NCBI GenBank assembly: GCA_964019335.1
Contig: OZ025702.1
Coordinates: forward strand, 434,001 to 498,000
Origin: Diplonema japonicum
Lineage: Eukaryota; Protista; Euglenozoa: Diplonemea
Direction: 5' to 3'
Length of the DNA stretch: 64,000 bases
Positions within the stretch are counted from its first letter, which is position 1, and the number at the start of each line of letters is the position of its first letter. Below are positions 11,080 through 23,248 of this stretch, piece by piece. Both the position numbers and the translations under genes were made by a program. The notes beneath the pieces are model-generated. The model had not been told where the DNA came from. It was given only the letters and a program-made list of their open reading frames with translations, and ran no database searches.

Positions 11080-13323
11080 ATGGATACCGCGGCACAGTAC
11101 CTGATCGACGAGGGGATGTGTTTGAGCGCATTGGAGATGTACCAGGAGTTAAAGGAGAGAGGGGTGGAGAACAAACTGCTGCGGGATTTCTTGGAGAAGA
11201 AAACGGGGTTGAGCCTGGAAGAGGGTGCCGCGGGGTCCGGTCAGACAGAAGGAGAAGAAGACAAACTTAAAAAGCTAAAGAGCGCGGTTCAAAGCCTGAA
11301 TGAAGACCTGAAGAAACAAGAGGCGAGGGAGGTGGAAACCCTGACGGTATTAGCAGAGCGGCTGCCCACGGTGATATCGAACGTCAGGACATCTGGGAAG
11401 GAGTCCCTTATACAGATCATTTTAACTCTGATTGAGCACCACCCTGCTCCAGTGATGCGCTCGTCTCTCCTCTTCCACTATGTGACGCTTTTCAAGCGGC
11501 CGGACGCCGAACAGCGTGATATGATTATTGATGGGCTCAAGCAGCTCATGCTGAAGCTGTGCAGCACCGCACCCAACAGGATCGAGACGGAGCTTCTCCC
11601 TGCCGTCAGGTCCATCACAGAGTACCGGTACCCCGAGCACCGTGTGCTTGCTGTCGAGGCCACGCAAAGCCTCTACCCCCACCTCCGGTCCAGAGTTCAG
11701 AAGGACATTGTTGAAACCGTTTTCCCTGCCTGGCTCACCGACACTGCAGGTGCCGTCCGTGAGGCTGTTTTGCGAGCCGTTGCTGATGTCGTCCGTGAGG
11801 ACAACGTGACAACGTGTGCCGGCCTCCTTGTGCACGGCCTGCAGGACGTCTCCAAAAAGGTGCAAAAAACCGCCCTGCAAGTCGCTTGCCCCGTCGTGTC
11901 CTCCGTTGCCGCAACGCACCGCTGCCTCACCACCACCATCATGACACCCCTCATCGCCGCTCTGTCTTCGCAGGAACACGTCGCCATCTCCCTCACTGCC
12001 CTCAACCACTGTCTCCGCATCTTCGTTCCCCTCCTCAAGGAAACCGTTCCCCCTGGTTTGGGAAGTGCGGAGGACGGGTTAGACACGTTGCTGAAACGTG
12101 TGATCGACAGGAAGGTGAAGGGGATGTGGGTTGAGGCGGAGTGGCTGACCTCCGTGTTCATCACGATGACGGTTGGCGCCATGCGGCACACAGACTGCGC
12201 CACGGAGCTGCTCCTCACCGCCACGACGTCCGTCACAAAGGTGCTCGCGGAGCCCGTGTGCCAGCACTTTTTCAACACGATACTAGAAGGCGACTCGGAG
12301 ACATGGGAACTGGTACCCGGGTTCGTGCGGTACTACAGCAGCGTGGAGAAGGTGGACAAGGACGACGAGGAGGACTGCTTGTTTATGTTGGTGAAAGACG
12401 GGCTGCTACAAACAGTGGGAGATGCAAACTGGCTAGGTGTGATAGGGAGCGCTCTCTGCAGGGCGGTAACAGACTATGACAGCGTGCAGGGTGTAGTGGT
12501 GAGCGCGTTGTGGGACTTGATAACAAACGAACGGGAGGAGGTGAGGTGTCACGCTGCGTCATGCCTAGCGATACTGTTAAGGGAGAAGGCGATCAACCAG
12601 CAGGTCTGCACACGGCGTGCGCTGCCCGCCTTGATGACGCTTTCTACAGATCCTTCCGCGGCAGTGCGGTTGCAGGCTGCAGTGTCTACGTTCGCGCTGG
12701 CAACGCAGATTGCTGCACCGGACTTGCTGGAAAAGATTGGCGGCTCGCTGACATCATCGTTCACCTTTGTTTTGAGCGACCTTGAGGGATCCAAGACGTG
12801 CCTGCAGGCCCTTCGCAACCATCTTAACAGGATGCAGTGCCATTTTTCCGTTACGTTCGTTCTCCCGCTTCTCGACACCTCTGTCCAGCATGCTGCTTCA
12901 GAATCCCAAATGGGTCCTGTGGTCCCCTTGCTGTGCGATTGTATTAAGACTCTTGTCTCGCACTGTTCTGGTCATGACCTGCCGCTGCATTTGGGGAAGA
13001 TTATTGCGTCCCTGAAGGTTCTGGGGAAAGGGTTGGCGGAACCCGGTATGAAGAGTTGTGTTTCCTCTCTGGTGAGGGAGTGCGAGGCTGCTGATGACCA
13101 CAAGAAAGACAGATTTTTATCGAAGTTTCGCGAACTACTTGAGGAGCCCAATACACAGCAACAGCCTCCCGGTCAAGCAGAGCTTGATGGATCTGGCCCT
13201 CACTCCTCGCCAAAGGTAGGGCACCCACCTCCGAACCAAGATGAACAGCCAGCTAACCCAACGTTGTCCAAAAACAAGTCCTTGTTGTCCAAAGCAAAAA
13301 TGCGATTTTTTGGAGAGTCATAA
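11080..13323 (+). CDS. RELCH: LisH + coiled-coil + HEAT-repeat protein, RELCH/KIAA1468-like
   Basis: N-terminal AQYL....LSALEMYQELKERG...LRDF (LisH), LFKRPD.EQR.MI..G, ETELLP, E.RVLA and HEAT repeats. Confidence 0.75.
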   Translation: MDTAAQYLIDEGMCLSALEMYQELKERGVENKLLRDFLEKKTGLSLEEGAAGSGQTEGEEDKLKKLKSAVQSLNEDLKKQEAREVETLTVLAERLPTVISNVRTSGKESLIQIILTLIEHHPAPVMRSSLLFHYVTLFKRPDAEQRDMIIDGLKQLMLKLCSTAPNRIETELLPAVRSITEYRYPEHRVLAVEATQSLYPHLRSRVQKDIVETVFPAWLTDTAGAVREAVLRAVADVVREDNVTTCAGLLVHGLQDVSKKVQKTALQVACPVVSSVAATHRCLTTTIMTPLIAALSSQEHVAISLTALNHCLRIFVPLLKETVPPGLGSAEDGLDTLLKRVIDRKVKGMWVEAEWLTSVFITMTVGAMRHTDCATELLLTATTSVTKVLAEPVCQHFFNTILEGDSETWELVPGFVRYYSSVEKVDKDDEEDCLFMLVKDGLLQTVGDANWLGVIGSALCRAVTDYDSVQGVVVSALWDLITNEREEVRCHAASCLAILLREKAINQQVCTRRALPALMTLSTDPSAAVRLQAAVSTFALATQIAAPDLLEKIGGSLTSSFTFVLSDLEGSKTCLQALRNHLNRMQCHFSVTFVLPLLDTSVQHAASESQMGPVVPLLCDCIKTLVSHCSGHDLPLHLGKIIASLKVLGKGLAEPGMKSCVSSLVRECEAADDHKKDRFLSKFRELLEEPNTQQQPPGQAELDGSGPHSSPKVGHPPPNQDEQPANPTLSKNKSLLSKAKMRFFGES

Positions 13324-13549
13324 GAAGAAGAAAAAAAAGAAAAAAGCAAAACAAAAAAAAGTGTCCCATCCATTTTTTCTCTTCACCCCCCTCTGTCCTA
13401 TTATTATTTGTTTTTCTCGCTTTCCTTTTTCTTTTTTCCGCTAGTTACACCACCTAACAGTATCCCCCCCCCCCCCCCCCCCCCCCTGTCCTGTCACATG
13501 GAAATAAACTGAAAAAAGAAAAAAAGATAAAGAAGAAGGAAAGCAATAA

Positions 13550-15981
13550 ATGACAGGGTTGGAAGGCCACAGCGCAGTGTGGTATCGGTCAGGGCTGTAT
13601 GTGTTTGGAGGCAAAGATGCGAAGGACAACTATTCGAGCGATTTGTGGAGAGTGGAGGTGGTGAGCGGGAGGGCGATATGGGGCCTGGTAGAGACAACAG
13701 GAGAGAAGCCCGAACCAAGCGCGTACCACGGCGCAGTGCTGTGGAGGGAGCGGTTTATGATGGTTATGGGCGGGGTGGGGTCTGCAACCCCCAGAGGAAA
13801 TCTGGTTTATGTACTTGACCTGGAGGACATGGTGTGGAGAGCCAAGGAGTCTGTAGGAGACATCCCGCAGCCACGGTGTCATCACACCCTGACTGTAGCA
13901 CCGGCACAGGACCGTCTTTACCTTTATGGAGGCTACCTAGTGGGCACAGACGGTGACAGTATGTTCTCAAACGGATCTGTGGACGCACGTCATCGTCCGT
14001 TCTTTGAGCTCCACGAGCTTCTCCTCACCGGGCAGGAACTGATCTGGCAACGTGTTATGTGCAAGGAGGACTTCCCCCCAACCTTGTGGGGCCACACCGC
14101 GTCCCTTTACCACAACAACCTCATCGTCTTTGGCGGTGTTGACGTGGTGGACAACAAGGAGTCGTGCATAGCCGCCGTGTGGCATTGTGAGAAGCAGCAG
14201 TGGCGGTGGGTTGAATTCAATGTGCACCCGCAAGCGCGTGCATTGCACACGGCCGTGGTGAGCCAGGGGAGGATATTCATCCATGGGGGTTTTGGGATGA
14301 CAAATACATGCAAGTTTAACGACACCTGGACATTCTCCATGGAGACAGGGCAGTGGTTGGAGGTTGCGGCTGGCGGGCAGCTGCCGACCCCCCGTTCCGG
14401 CCATGCTGCTGTCATCGCCGGCGACCAGATGCTCGTTGTGGGTGGTGTCGATGCCAACCACACCCGTCTCAACGACGTGCATGTCTTGCACATCCCCACA
14501 GCGACGTGGACATGCCTCCCCGTGTCCGCCCCCACGGCACCCCCCACCCCCATCGCCCTCCCTCTCTCCGACCCCCATCCCTCTACACAGCCGGCTGCCT
14601 CAAAAGCAGACGATCTTATATCCCGAGCCTCTGCACAGGCTGACCAATACCAGCAGCTTATGAAAACCCACTTCCAGCCCCAAGAAGCTCACGATGGGTT
14701 TGATCCGCGTAGGATCTCACCCCAGCGTGTCTACGCCGAGCCAACTGTCTCTAGGATCCCCCTGCCTTACGAGGACAAGGCGCCAGTCGTGCACGCCCCT
14801 GCACCACCCGTGCGGAATAGGTTCAGCCTGCCCCTTGCTGTTAAAGACCCTGCTCTCGAGAATGTAGTGCCATTTATGGACAGGCCGTTTACGGGAGACC
14901 CGCGGCATGTCAGCCCGATGAGGGGTGATGCACCGCCGCCTCCACCGCCGTTGCGTGGCCCGCCCGAGATAGAGCTTCCCTTCCCTGACATGACTGAGAG
15001 CTTCACGCAGGCGATTCAGACAGATCCCATGCCCGAGGTGGAGGCGGGGCACCCTGTGGCGCTGCAGGAGGTGTCGTCGCTGCATGTCAGCCCTCAGAAG
15101 GATCGGAACGAACACAGCAAGCTTCACGGCGAGGCGGCCGACATCATCCAACAGCAGCGGCTTGAGATTGACATGCTGCGTGAGATGCTTGAGAAGGAGC
15201 GCAATAAAGCCTTCCCGAAGGCGGAGGAGACACGGTACACAGCAGCCATCCCGCACGGCCCCATGCTGTCCATCACAAGGGACACCATTACTGATATGAT
15301 GCCGAAGATCAACTACAACTTGACGGACACACCGGTGTTGAACCTGCCTCAGAGGTCAGGGTCAGGCCCCCCGACAGGACTGCTCTCGAGAGAGGCGACA
15401 AAAGAGGTCATTGAGAGGCGGCTGAACCCCACAGACACGACAAGGCTAACACACACAGCGTCACCTCTTTTGTACCCTTCACTACTATCGACTGCTACGA
15501 CAGATGCGCTGAAGCACACGGTCCAGAGGCGCGACATAGGGCTCTCTGGGCAGGCGACTGCCGCGGCACCGGTGAACCCAACCAGCAGGCCTGATGCGGT
15601 GGACATTGTGCATTATGGTATGAAAAAAGAAAATAAAAGAGCGGGGTTAATTATTTGCAGATCCTTTGAAGCTGTTCCATGGGAGCCAGACGCGAGACAG
15701 GAGCACAGGTCCTCCCACAGGGATGCTGCCGTCGTATCACCCTAGCAACTACACTCCTCCAGCTACCTTCGCTGAACTGATGGCCAGGCAGAACCCGAGC
15801 CCGGTGCCTCAGGGCGTTGCGGCGGAGCCTCCACCTGTGAATCCTCAAGCTGCCATGCCCCACCCTGAGAGGCAACATAAAAGCCCGTCCCTTTCGAAGA
15901 TTCTAAAAGGGGAGGCGTCGATGCTGTCCATCACTCATGTGCAGGTGTGACACGGGAAGAAGGGAGAAAAAAAAAAAAAGA

Positions 15982-16014
<33 letters not shown>

Positions 16015-16054
16015 TGTCGAACAGCCGATGTACCCCGCAGCAGTCGCTCCGTGA
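13550..16054 (+). CDS. Kelch-repeat beta-propeller protein with Pro-rich/coiled-coil C-terminus; exons 13550-15617, 15661-15944, probable 16010-16054
   Basis: Six Kelch blades (GH.A....LYVFGG, PR..HT). Intron 15618-15660 is in frame. The last intron, 15945-16009, is less certain. Confidence 0.85.
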
Positions 16055-16633
16055 TAGAAAAAAAAAAAAAAAAAAGATCGTGCGGACAACAAAGACAATG
16101 TCATGAAGAAGATTTTTTTTTTATCTAACATTTATAACATTCGTTATTTTAGAGATTATTTCCCCCCCGTTTCCCTATATTTCCAAGAATATAAAAAAAA
16201 AAAGGAAAAAAAAAAGAAGAAAGAAAGAAATGAAACGTAATGAACGGAGGGAGGGGAAAAAAAATGAGGAAAAAAAAAGGTCACGAAAAGCTCAGCATGT
16301 GGTTATCAAAAAAAAGAAAAAAAAATATAACGAGCACACACGCTTGGATTGTCAAATAGTCTCTTTGTATTAGGCAAGAACAAAAAAAAAAAAAAAAAAA
16401 AAAAAAGAAACTCGCGCACAAACAACTAGAACCCCCTCTGGACATGTACCTTTTTTTTCTTTTTTCTTTTCTTTCTTTCTCTGTTTCTTTTTTTTTTTTT
16501 TTTTAATTTCTTTTTTTATGTACAGAACAAAAAAAAAAATCCCCCCCCTCCTCCTCCTCCTCCTACTTTAGAAAACATAAAATATTATTATGCCCCTCAT
16601 ATATATCCCTCAGAAAAAAAAAAGAAAAAAAAA

Positions 16634-17188
16634 ATGATAGCCCTTCTATTGCTCGCGGGTTTGATAATGGTAGAGGGTACCCCTTCCTTTAATGGGACTA
16701 GCGGGGCAGTGTGGGGTGGTGCTGATGTGGTTGAGTACTGGTCGCTCAATAGCGGCGATAGTGGGGCGTTCGGGTCGCAGCAATACAACAGGAGCTATGG
16801 AGGCTACACGTTCTACTTCAAGAATTTCATCAATGCTGACTTGTTCGAAGCTGCCCCGGATAGCTACATCCCAGCCTGGGGGGGTTTCGACGCTTGGTCC
16901 TTTGTTTATGAAAACCACTGGCGAGCCGACCTAATGGGCCCCCCTTGCAACCCCACCGACAGTTGGTTTATATATAACCAAAGCCTGTACTGTGCCCTCA
17001 CTCCATACCTTCGGGACTTGTTCCTCAACAGGGTCAACCATTCCATTGTTCCTGGGAATGACAAGTGGATAGGATATTATGGGTCACTCAATCAGGGCCC
17101 CATCAACAATGCGTGTTTCCAGACTAATGTGGCTCAGTGCAATGCAGGGAATGTGACATTTCAAAACAGAAACAGCACAATTGAATGA
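16634..17188 (+). CDS. Secreted YHS-domain protein resembling bacterial YHS-domain (seleno)proteins
   Basis: Signal peptide; GADVVEYW, YTFYFKN..N.DLFEAAPDSYIPAWGGFDAW, W.IYNQSLY. Confidence 0.75.
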   Translation: MIALLLLAGLIMVEGTPSFNGTSGAVWGGADVVEYWSLNSGDSGAFGSQQYNRSYGGYTFYFKNFINADLFEAAPDSYIPAWGGFDAWSFVYENHWRADLMGPPCNPTDSWFIYNQSLYCALTPYLRDLFLNRVNHSIVPGNDKWIGYYGSLNQGPINNACFQTNVAQCNAGNVTFQNRNSTIE

Positions 17189-17191
17189 TAA

Positions 17192-17227
<36 letters not shown>

Positions 17228-17441
17228 ACGTGTGTAAAGATTTTATTCTGTTTTCTCTCTCTTTTTTTTTTTTTTTTTAAATGTAAACAAACTGTGGTTT
17301 GGCAAAAAGCATTGAATGTAGTCTTTTTTGGCCGGTGTACAAATGCACCCTCTGCCTTATGTGGGCACAAAAGAGAGGGAAAAAAAAAAAAAAAAAAAAA
17401 AAAAGGGCCTGACATATTCTTGTTTTTTTTTTTTTTTTTAT

Positions 17442-18091
17442 ATAACTCCAGTCAGATTTTCAAGGGTGGGAGTGAATATAATATTTCACATTATTTCACG
17501 CTTCACTTTATTTTCGTTGCAGATTTCAGGCTTGTTTTAGGAAGAAAACAGGGGCAGAAATGAAAATTACTTTATGAGTGAATATAAAGTACTTTATATT
17601 CACGCTTGCCCTATTTTCACTGCACAGCAAGGGGTCGGGGGCGCAAACACGGAAAAGAACCTACCTCTGCTACATTTTTTGGCTAGCCTTCGGGCTAGTG
17701 GTAGTCTGGCCGGCTACCAATCCCCAAGGCCCGGGATCGATTCGGCGACCTCAGCAACCCAGGCAGCCTCACAGGTCCAGACCGAGGTCCTGTCAGCACT
17801 CATGGACGCACAGCCCGCACCACACAGGATATGCCTTGACAATCAATATCAACTATAAGCACCCCCAGTAAAATTTTAACTTGTAACTTGTAACCTGTAA
17901 TACCCCACCCTTTCAAATCTGACTGACGTTAAATAAAACAACGGATTTAGTGAAAATAGATCCGATTTTCACTTGTGGTGGCATGTTTAGCTCGTTGATG
18001 TTACTTCACTCGCTTCGCTCGTGAAGTCATATACCCACTGCCACCACGCGTGAAAATCATACGATCTTATTTTCACTAAATAAATAGTTAT
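17442..18091. mobile_element. Non-coding inverted-repeat/hairpin element (candidate non-autonomous Crypton-like element or MITE)
   Basis: 22-bp inverted repeat 17449-17470 / 17904-17925 (20/22 match), perfect 26-bp palindrome 17578-17603, nested foldback 17945-18081, and ATAACT/AGTTAT at the extreme ends. Confidence 0.65.
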
Positions 18092-19006
18092 TATTTTTTT
18101 TTTTTTTTGCCAACCTTCCCCCCCCTTCCTCCCATTTACTTGGATCTAGTTTGTTCAGTCTTGCACTAGAATACCCACAAGAAAAGAAATGAAAGAAAAT
18201 ACTTTTTTCAAAAAAAAAAAAAAAAAAGAAATGCCGGCGAACTTCCCCCCTTTTATCTTCCTTAAGCATCCGCCCTTGTGTTGGGCTTTCCTTAACGTAT
18301 TCGTGTGACAGTGAGGAGTGAAAGAACGCTTGCGCAAGTGCGTCCACTCGAAAATTACTTTCGCACACAACGCATGGTGAAATTTAACAAAAAAAAAAAA
18401 AAGAATCCCCCACTTACCTACTGTCAAGGAATGATTTCTACCGTCGTTACTTACTTGGCAGTTATAAACAAAAAAAAACACTCTTTTTTTTTTTTTTTTA
18501 AATAAGGTAAAGCCCTCTCTATTTGTAATGAGGTTTATTTGCTTGTTGCAATCTACAGAGGGCTATCTATTCATTAGCCCCCCCCCCCCCCCCCCCCACT
18601 AGGACTTGTCCTCAACCGTGTATCCGTTCCGCCCCCCCTTTTTTTACGATATTATGAACTGCAACAAAACCTTCTTTTTCTAACCTTTTTTTTTTCTTCT
18701 CTCTGACAATGTTGGAAAGAGTCTTCTCCCAAGAATTGAACCGGTTCTCAAGGGGGGGGGGGAATATTTTATCCAAAGAAATCCAAAGAAGCCTCCGACC
18801 ACAAATTAATTTAACCCATAAAGCCGGCGCGAGTGGAGCGCGTCAACTCCCTACGCTGTATCGGAGGACCGACCACACACGGATGACAGGAGGCCAGTAC
18901 TTGCGGGACAGGTACCTGTCGCAGACTGCCCCGCAGTTTGACCACCGCAGTAGGAACCCGCCAGAGCCCCCAGAACGGGGACAACGGGGACTAAGCGCAG
19001 CTCGGC

Positions 19007-19041
19007 CGGTGAGCGCAAAAACGCATACCTTAAAAGAATAG
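19007..19041 (+). repeat. Dispersed 35-nt hairpin-containing motif, copy 1, at the end of a GC-rich island (about 18820-19041)
   Basis: CGGTGAGCGCAAAAACGCATACCTTAAAAGAATAG followed by a T-run; 33/35 identical to 55261-55295. Confidence 0.8.
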
Positions 19042-20950
19042 TTTTTTTTTTTTCTTTTTTTTTTTCGAAATTTCCCACGTTGCGAAGAGAAGTTGCTCAA
19101 AAGTCAGAAATTTTAGAGGTCGACCGAAACCTTGTATCTCTTAGTAATGCTAATTTACCCCCTTTTTTTTTCCCCCATCGACACCAGAGTTGTCTCGGAA
19201 TATCTACTTTGCGCTGTGGTGCCATTCCCATAGGCCCCTCTCTGACCGAAAAAGGCGGCAGGTAAAGAATTCTTAAGATATTCTGTCGCAGGAAAAGAAG
19301 AAGTTCGAGTCATTTCAGGGAAGACTGTGCAGAGAGACAAGAATAAAGATGCCCCCCTGCCCTCTCACGAGGAAACGGGGATCTGAGAGGCAGCACTGAG
19401 CAAAGATCGAATCCCCCCCTTTCGTAAATCAGAAGATTTGAAATATTTTTTCTTCAGAGACGAAAAAAGGATTACCCCCCCCCCACTCTTTTTTTATTTG
19501 ATCCCCTCAAACAAAAAAAAGTTTCCTTTTTTTTTTTTGCTTCCCTGAAAATTGAACCCTCTCTGGGTATCCTACTCAAAATGACGAAAGGGTGTAAAAA
19601 AAAAAAAAAGAGGGGGAAAAAAGAAAACTTACCGCCAAAGAGAAAAAAAAAAAAAAGAAACGAGCCATAATTTAACTAAATAAGTTGTTGGTAATAAATT
19701 GCTATACCCCTCCCACTTAACTGTAACTTTAACTAATTCCCATGTAACACATTGCCTATTCTTTTTTTTTTTTCCTCTTTTTTTTTGGGGAGGAAATTGT
19801 CTTTAAGTCGTATACTGGGGAAGAAAAAAAGAAAAAAAAAAGTGATATGCGACGAAAAAGAAAGCAAAAAAAAAAAAAAAAAAGGAATCACAACCTTTTT
19901 TTTTCCCCCCATACTTTTATAGCCTCTATTCTCACCAGTTATCCGGTATTCAGCCTAAAAGTACCCAAAAAAAAAAAGAAGGTATTCGGGTGCATTTCTC
20001 GTTGGCATTGTCAGATATTAGGACGTAAGTACCGGCAGCGTGACCATTATACATAACTTACAGTATCGAGCAGAAAGAAAAAGAAAAAAAAAAAAAGAAA
20101 AGATGTTGCCAGCTCTTGATCGAAGCCGAAAGGTGACAGAAACAATGAGGGAAAAGAAAAAAAAAAAGAAACAAAAGAAAAATACATGGGGGGGAAAAAA
20201 AAAAAAAAAAAAAAGACACCGAGGCAAAGAAACACCGATTCTCCACTTACCCCGAGTTAACCAGTAAGAGGGACGGGGACGGGGAAAAAAAAAAAAAGCA
20301 CTTTTCTTTTTTTTTTTCCCTCCCTTAAATAAGCTCTCCCCCACCCTTTGCGTGTGCAGTTGATAATATTTCCATTCCCCCTTCCCCTCCCTTAATTGGG
20401 TGAACGAAGAAAAAAAAAAGAAGAAGAAAAAAAAAAACCACCCTTACTTTACCCAGAATTTTCTTCCCTCCCCTGGTTATGCTTTTCGTGGTTAGCTGCC
20501 TGCAGCATAGCCTCGCTCATTTCCCCTTATTTCTGGTTATTTATAACCTCCTCCCCTCCCCCCCCATCGATAAAGATGAAATCAAGAAAGAAAGAAGAAA
20601 AAAAAAAGGAAGAGATGGTGGAGAGTGGGGGGTGGGGGACTTGCAAACGTTAAAACCAAAAAGAAGTTTTTTTTTAATTTTTTTTTCCCCGTGTTTAGAA
20701 GTTTATTTTCTATATGTTTTTTTTTTTATTATTTTTTTTTTTATTATTATCAAGATACCCCCCCTCACCCTCAGTGAGCACCCTGCACACTGAAGCCTTA
20801 TCGAATTTCTTCTTTTTTTTTCCTAATACTCGCGAAAAATTCCTCACCCCCCCCTTTTTTTTGCCCAGGTTGCCTGGGGGGGATAAGAAAAAAGAAGAAA
20901 AAAAAATACCGCTTTTATTAAAAAAAAGGAATAAAAAAAAAAAAACATAA

Positions 20951-21538
20951 ATGTTCCGCCGAGCAACATTACGTCTTAACAGCAAGCGTGTGATGGGCTT
21001 AGACTACAGATGGCTGGGGATCCTGTATTATGACCCGGTGCTAGCAGAGGTTGACACCAGGAAAGGGTTAAAAGAATTGATTGAGAAGGAAAGCCAGAAA
21101 AGAATAGTTGTTTTGATTTACACAAAGGCCCAGGACACGTTGACTAAAGACTTGGTACTTAGTGTCGTGGAAGAGGCTGATCTAAGGACGGTTAACGACA
21201 AGGTGCTGTATGCCTTTGCAAGTTATTCACTCGACGAGTCCCTCCCGTGCTACCCTGTAGTCGATATTTACTCAGAAGGGAAACGCCTGCAGCGCACTCT
21301 TGGAAGGTCGCCCATGACCCTCCGGTCTACAGTGCCGTACTTCGCCTTCCGCTCGCCGCATGTTTCCGACCCTTCCTCGCAGGAGGGCTGGCCTGTCGAG
21401 ACTACCTTCGGCATCCCCAATACAAGAATCGGGGGCATGATCAGAAAGCTGAGCGCAGCCACCAGCAGTACTTTGCACAGTGTTCTTGCAGCGCAACGGA
21501 GCTTACTTCCTTATTCGTGTCCCCCCCCGTCTGCCTGA
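20951..21538 (+). CDS. Hypothetical protein, probable mitochondrial presequence, possible thioredoxin-like fold without CxxC
   Basis: MFRRATLRL leader; IVVLIYT and YPVVDIYSEGKRL resemble thioredoxin beta-strands and the cis-Pro region. Confidence 0.55.
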   Translation: MFRRATLRLNSKRVMGLDYRWLGILYYDPVLAEVDTRKGLKELIEKESQKRIVVLIYTKAQDTLTKDLVLSVVEEADLRTVNDKVLYAFASYSLDESLPCYPVVDIYSEGKRLQRTLGRSPMTLRSTVPYFAFRSPHVSDPSSQEGWPVETTFGIPNTRIGGMIRKLSAATSSTLHSVLAAQRSLLPYSCPPPSA

Positions 21539-21693
21539 TGGTAGGTTTATTTTATGAAGTGTTTCTTTTTTTTTTTCTTTTTTTTTTTCTCGTTCTATTT
21601 TCTTATTCTTTTAGCAGAAAAAAAAATTAAGTGAGGGGGGGCAAAAAAAAAAGAAAATAAAATAGTAATAAAGGGCCCCGCTTCCCCCTCCAC

Positions 21694-23248
21694 ATGAGCA
21701 CCCCACTAGAAGCATGGGAGCGTTTCCGTGAGACACTCCGAGGCCGGTATTCGGTCTGTTCCCCCTTTTTTTTTGTTTTTATTTTTTTAAATATTCAATA
21801 GGAGTCCGAACTCGTTCTGATGTCTCTTGACGAGCTGAAGGCGACGATGAGAGAGAATGGGGTGGGAGGGGTGCTGGGGGCAAGGATCGAAGTGCAGTGG
21901 AAGGTGTTGCAAAAGACACATGTGGCGTGCCATGAGAGGGACCGGAGGGTGGGAGCCGTGAACATGAAGGTAAAGGAAAAGATACAATCACAGAGGGTGA
22001 GCAATGAGATCTACGCGTACCAGAAACAGCTGAGCGACCAAATGATCGAAGATCAGGTCGAACGGCAAAAGATAGACCAGGCACGACTGGCGCAGGCTCA
22101 GTTCGAGCACCTGGAAGAACTGGAACGGACACAGGCGCGTGTCGCCCGCCCTGACGAACAGCGGCTCCTCAACACCCGCGAGGAGCTGTGGCAGCTCAAC
22201 TTCGACGAGGCCATCCGAAGCCATGTAGATGCCGCACCTCTCACCTCCACTTCTCGCCCCACCACTGGCATCCTCTCACCCATACGCCGTCCCCGAAGGG
22301 AGCCCAGATCCCCAACCAAGGCCTTTGAGGTCCCCGTTTCCCCCGGCAAGCCGGGCCTCTCCAGACGTACCCGTCTCGCCGCCGACGGTGCCGTGCAGTC
22401 CAGGTCAGACCCGAACAGATGTGTCACGGTGTGTTTCTTTGAAAGGGAAAAAAAAAAATGTAAAACCTCAACAGAGCCCCCACCACGACCCCGCCCCGTC
22501 CGGCATCCGCGTCCTGTCCCCCCAGCGGTGGGGTGACACCACCACCGAAGGCCCTCCGCAGCGGTTGTGCGTCAAACCCGTGCATGACACACTGACACGC
22601 AGGGGCAACCCTTGCGAGATGTCCTTTGACACCCCGACGAAGGCAGCAGGCCCGAAAGGACTCGCATCGCCGTGCAACCCTAACGAGTGTCCTAGCACGC
22701 CAGATGCAGCGAGAGCGGCGAAGAGACTGTTTCAAAAGAAAAACGAGAGCAACCTGCAGAGGGGCACGGATATGTACGCAAGGGAGCTGCCGGTGCCACG
22801 GCCGGAAGTGACGGAGAGGAAGAACAAAAGGCGCATAATACTGCCAGATGAAGGGGGACAGCCGGGGTTCGAGCCAGGGTACATCGGAATCCCTAAGAAA
22901 GGCATCTCGCGGTCTGCTTCCACGCCTGCTGTGGTGGCAAATCCGAACTGCGTGAACAGCGAAGAGCAGGACGCAAGGGTCGGAAGAAGTAATGTTAAGC
23001 AGACACAAGGGGACCATGGTGTCATGCCGCCTTGGGTGGGCTCTGCCGACCCCACACCGCAACCACATCCTAACAAGCACAGAGACGAAGGCGTCATGCC
23101 GTGGGACAACAACACAAAGGTTTCCCCACACAGGAAACGCGTAAGGCCCGTTCAGCAAAACCAAGCGCAGCAGCGCTCCTCTTCGCACCGCAGAAGAACA
23201 GCCCCGAGAAATGACTGCGGCGTCATGCCGGGTGCAGCCGGTTGGTGA
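21694..23248 (+). CDS. Hypothetical protein with coiled coil and basic disordered tail; exons 21694-21753, 21802-22428, 22475-23248
   Basis: Phase-0 GT-AG introns 21754-21801 and 22429-22474 join ORFs 21820 and 22229 into one frame. Confidence 0.7.

Noticed and set aside
17574-17871. Short ORFs inside the hairpin element
   Set aside because: No recognisable recombinase or transposase motifs; probably incidental.
19007-19045. Spliced-leader RNA gene (minus strand reads ..TTTTAAG/GTATGCG)
   Set aside because: The sequence upstream of the GT does not resemble the euglenozoan SL exon (..TTTCTGTACTTTATTG), and there is no tandem array.
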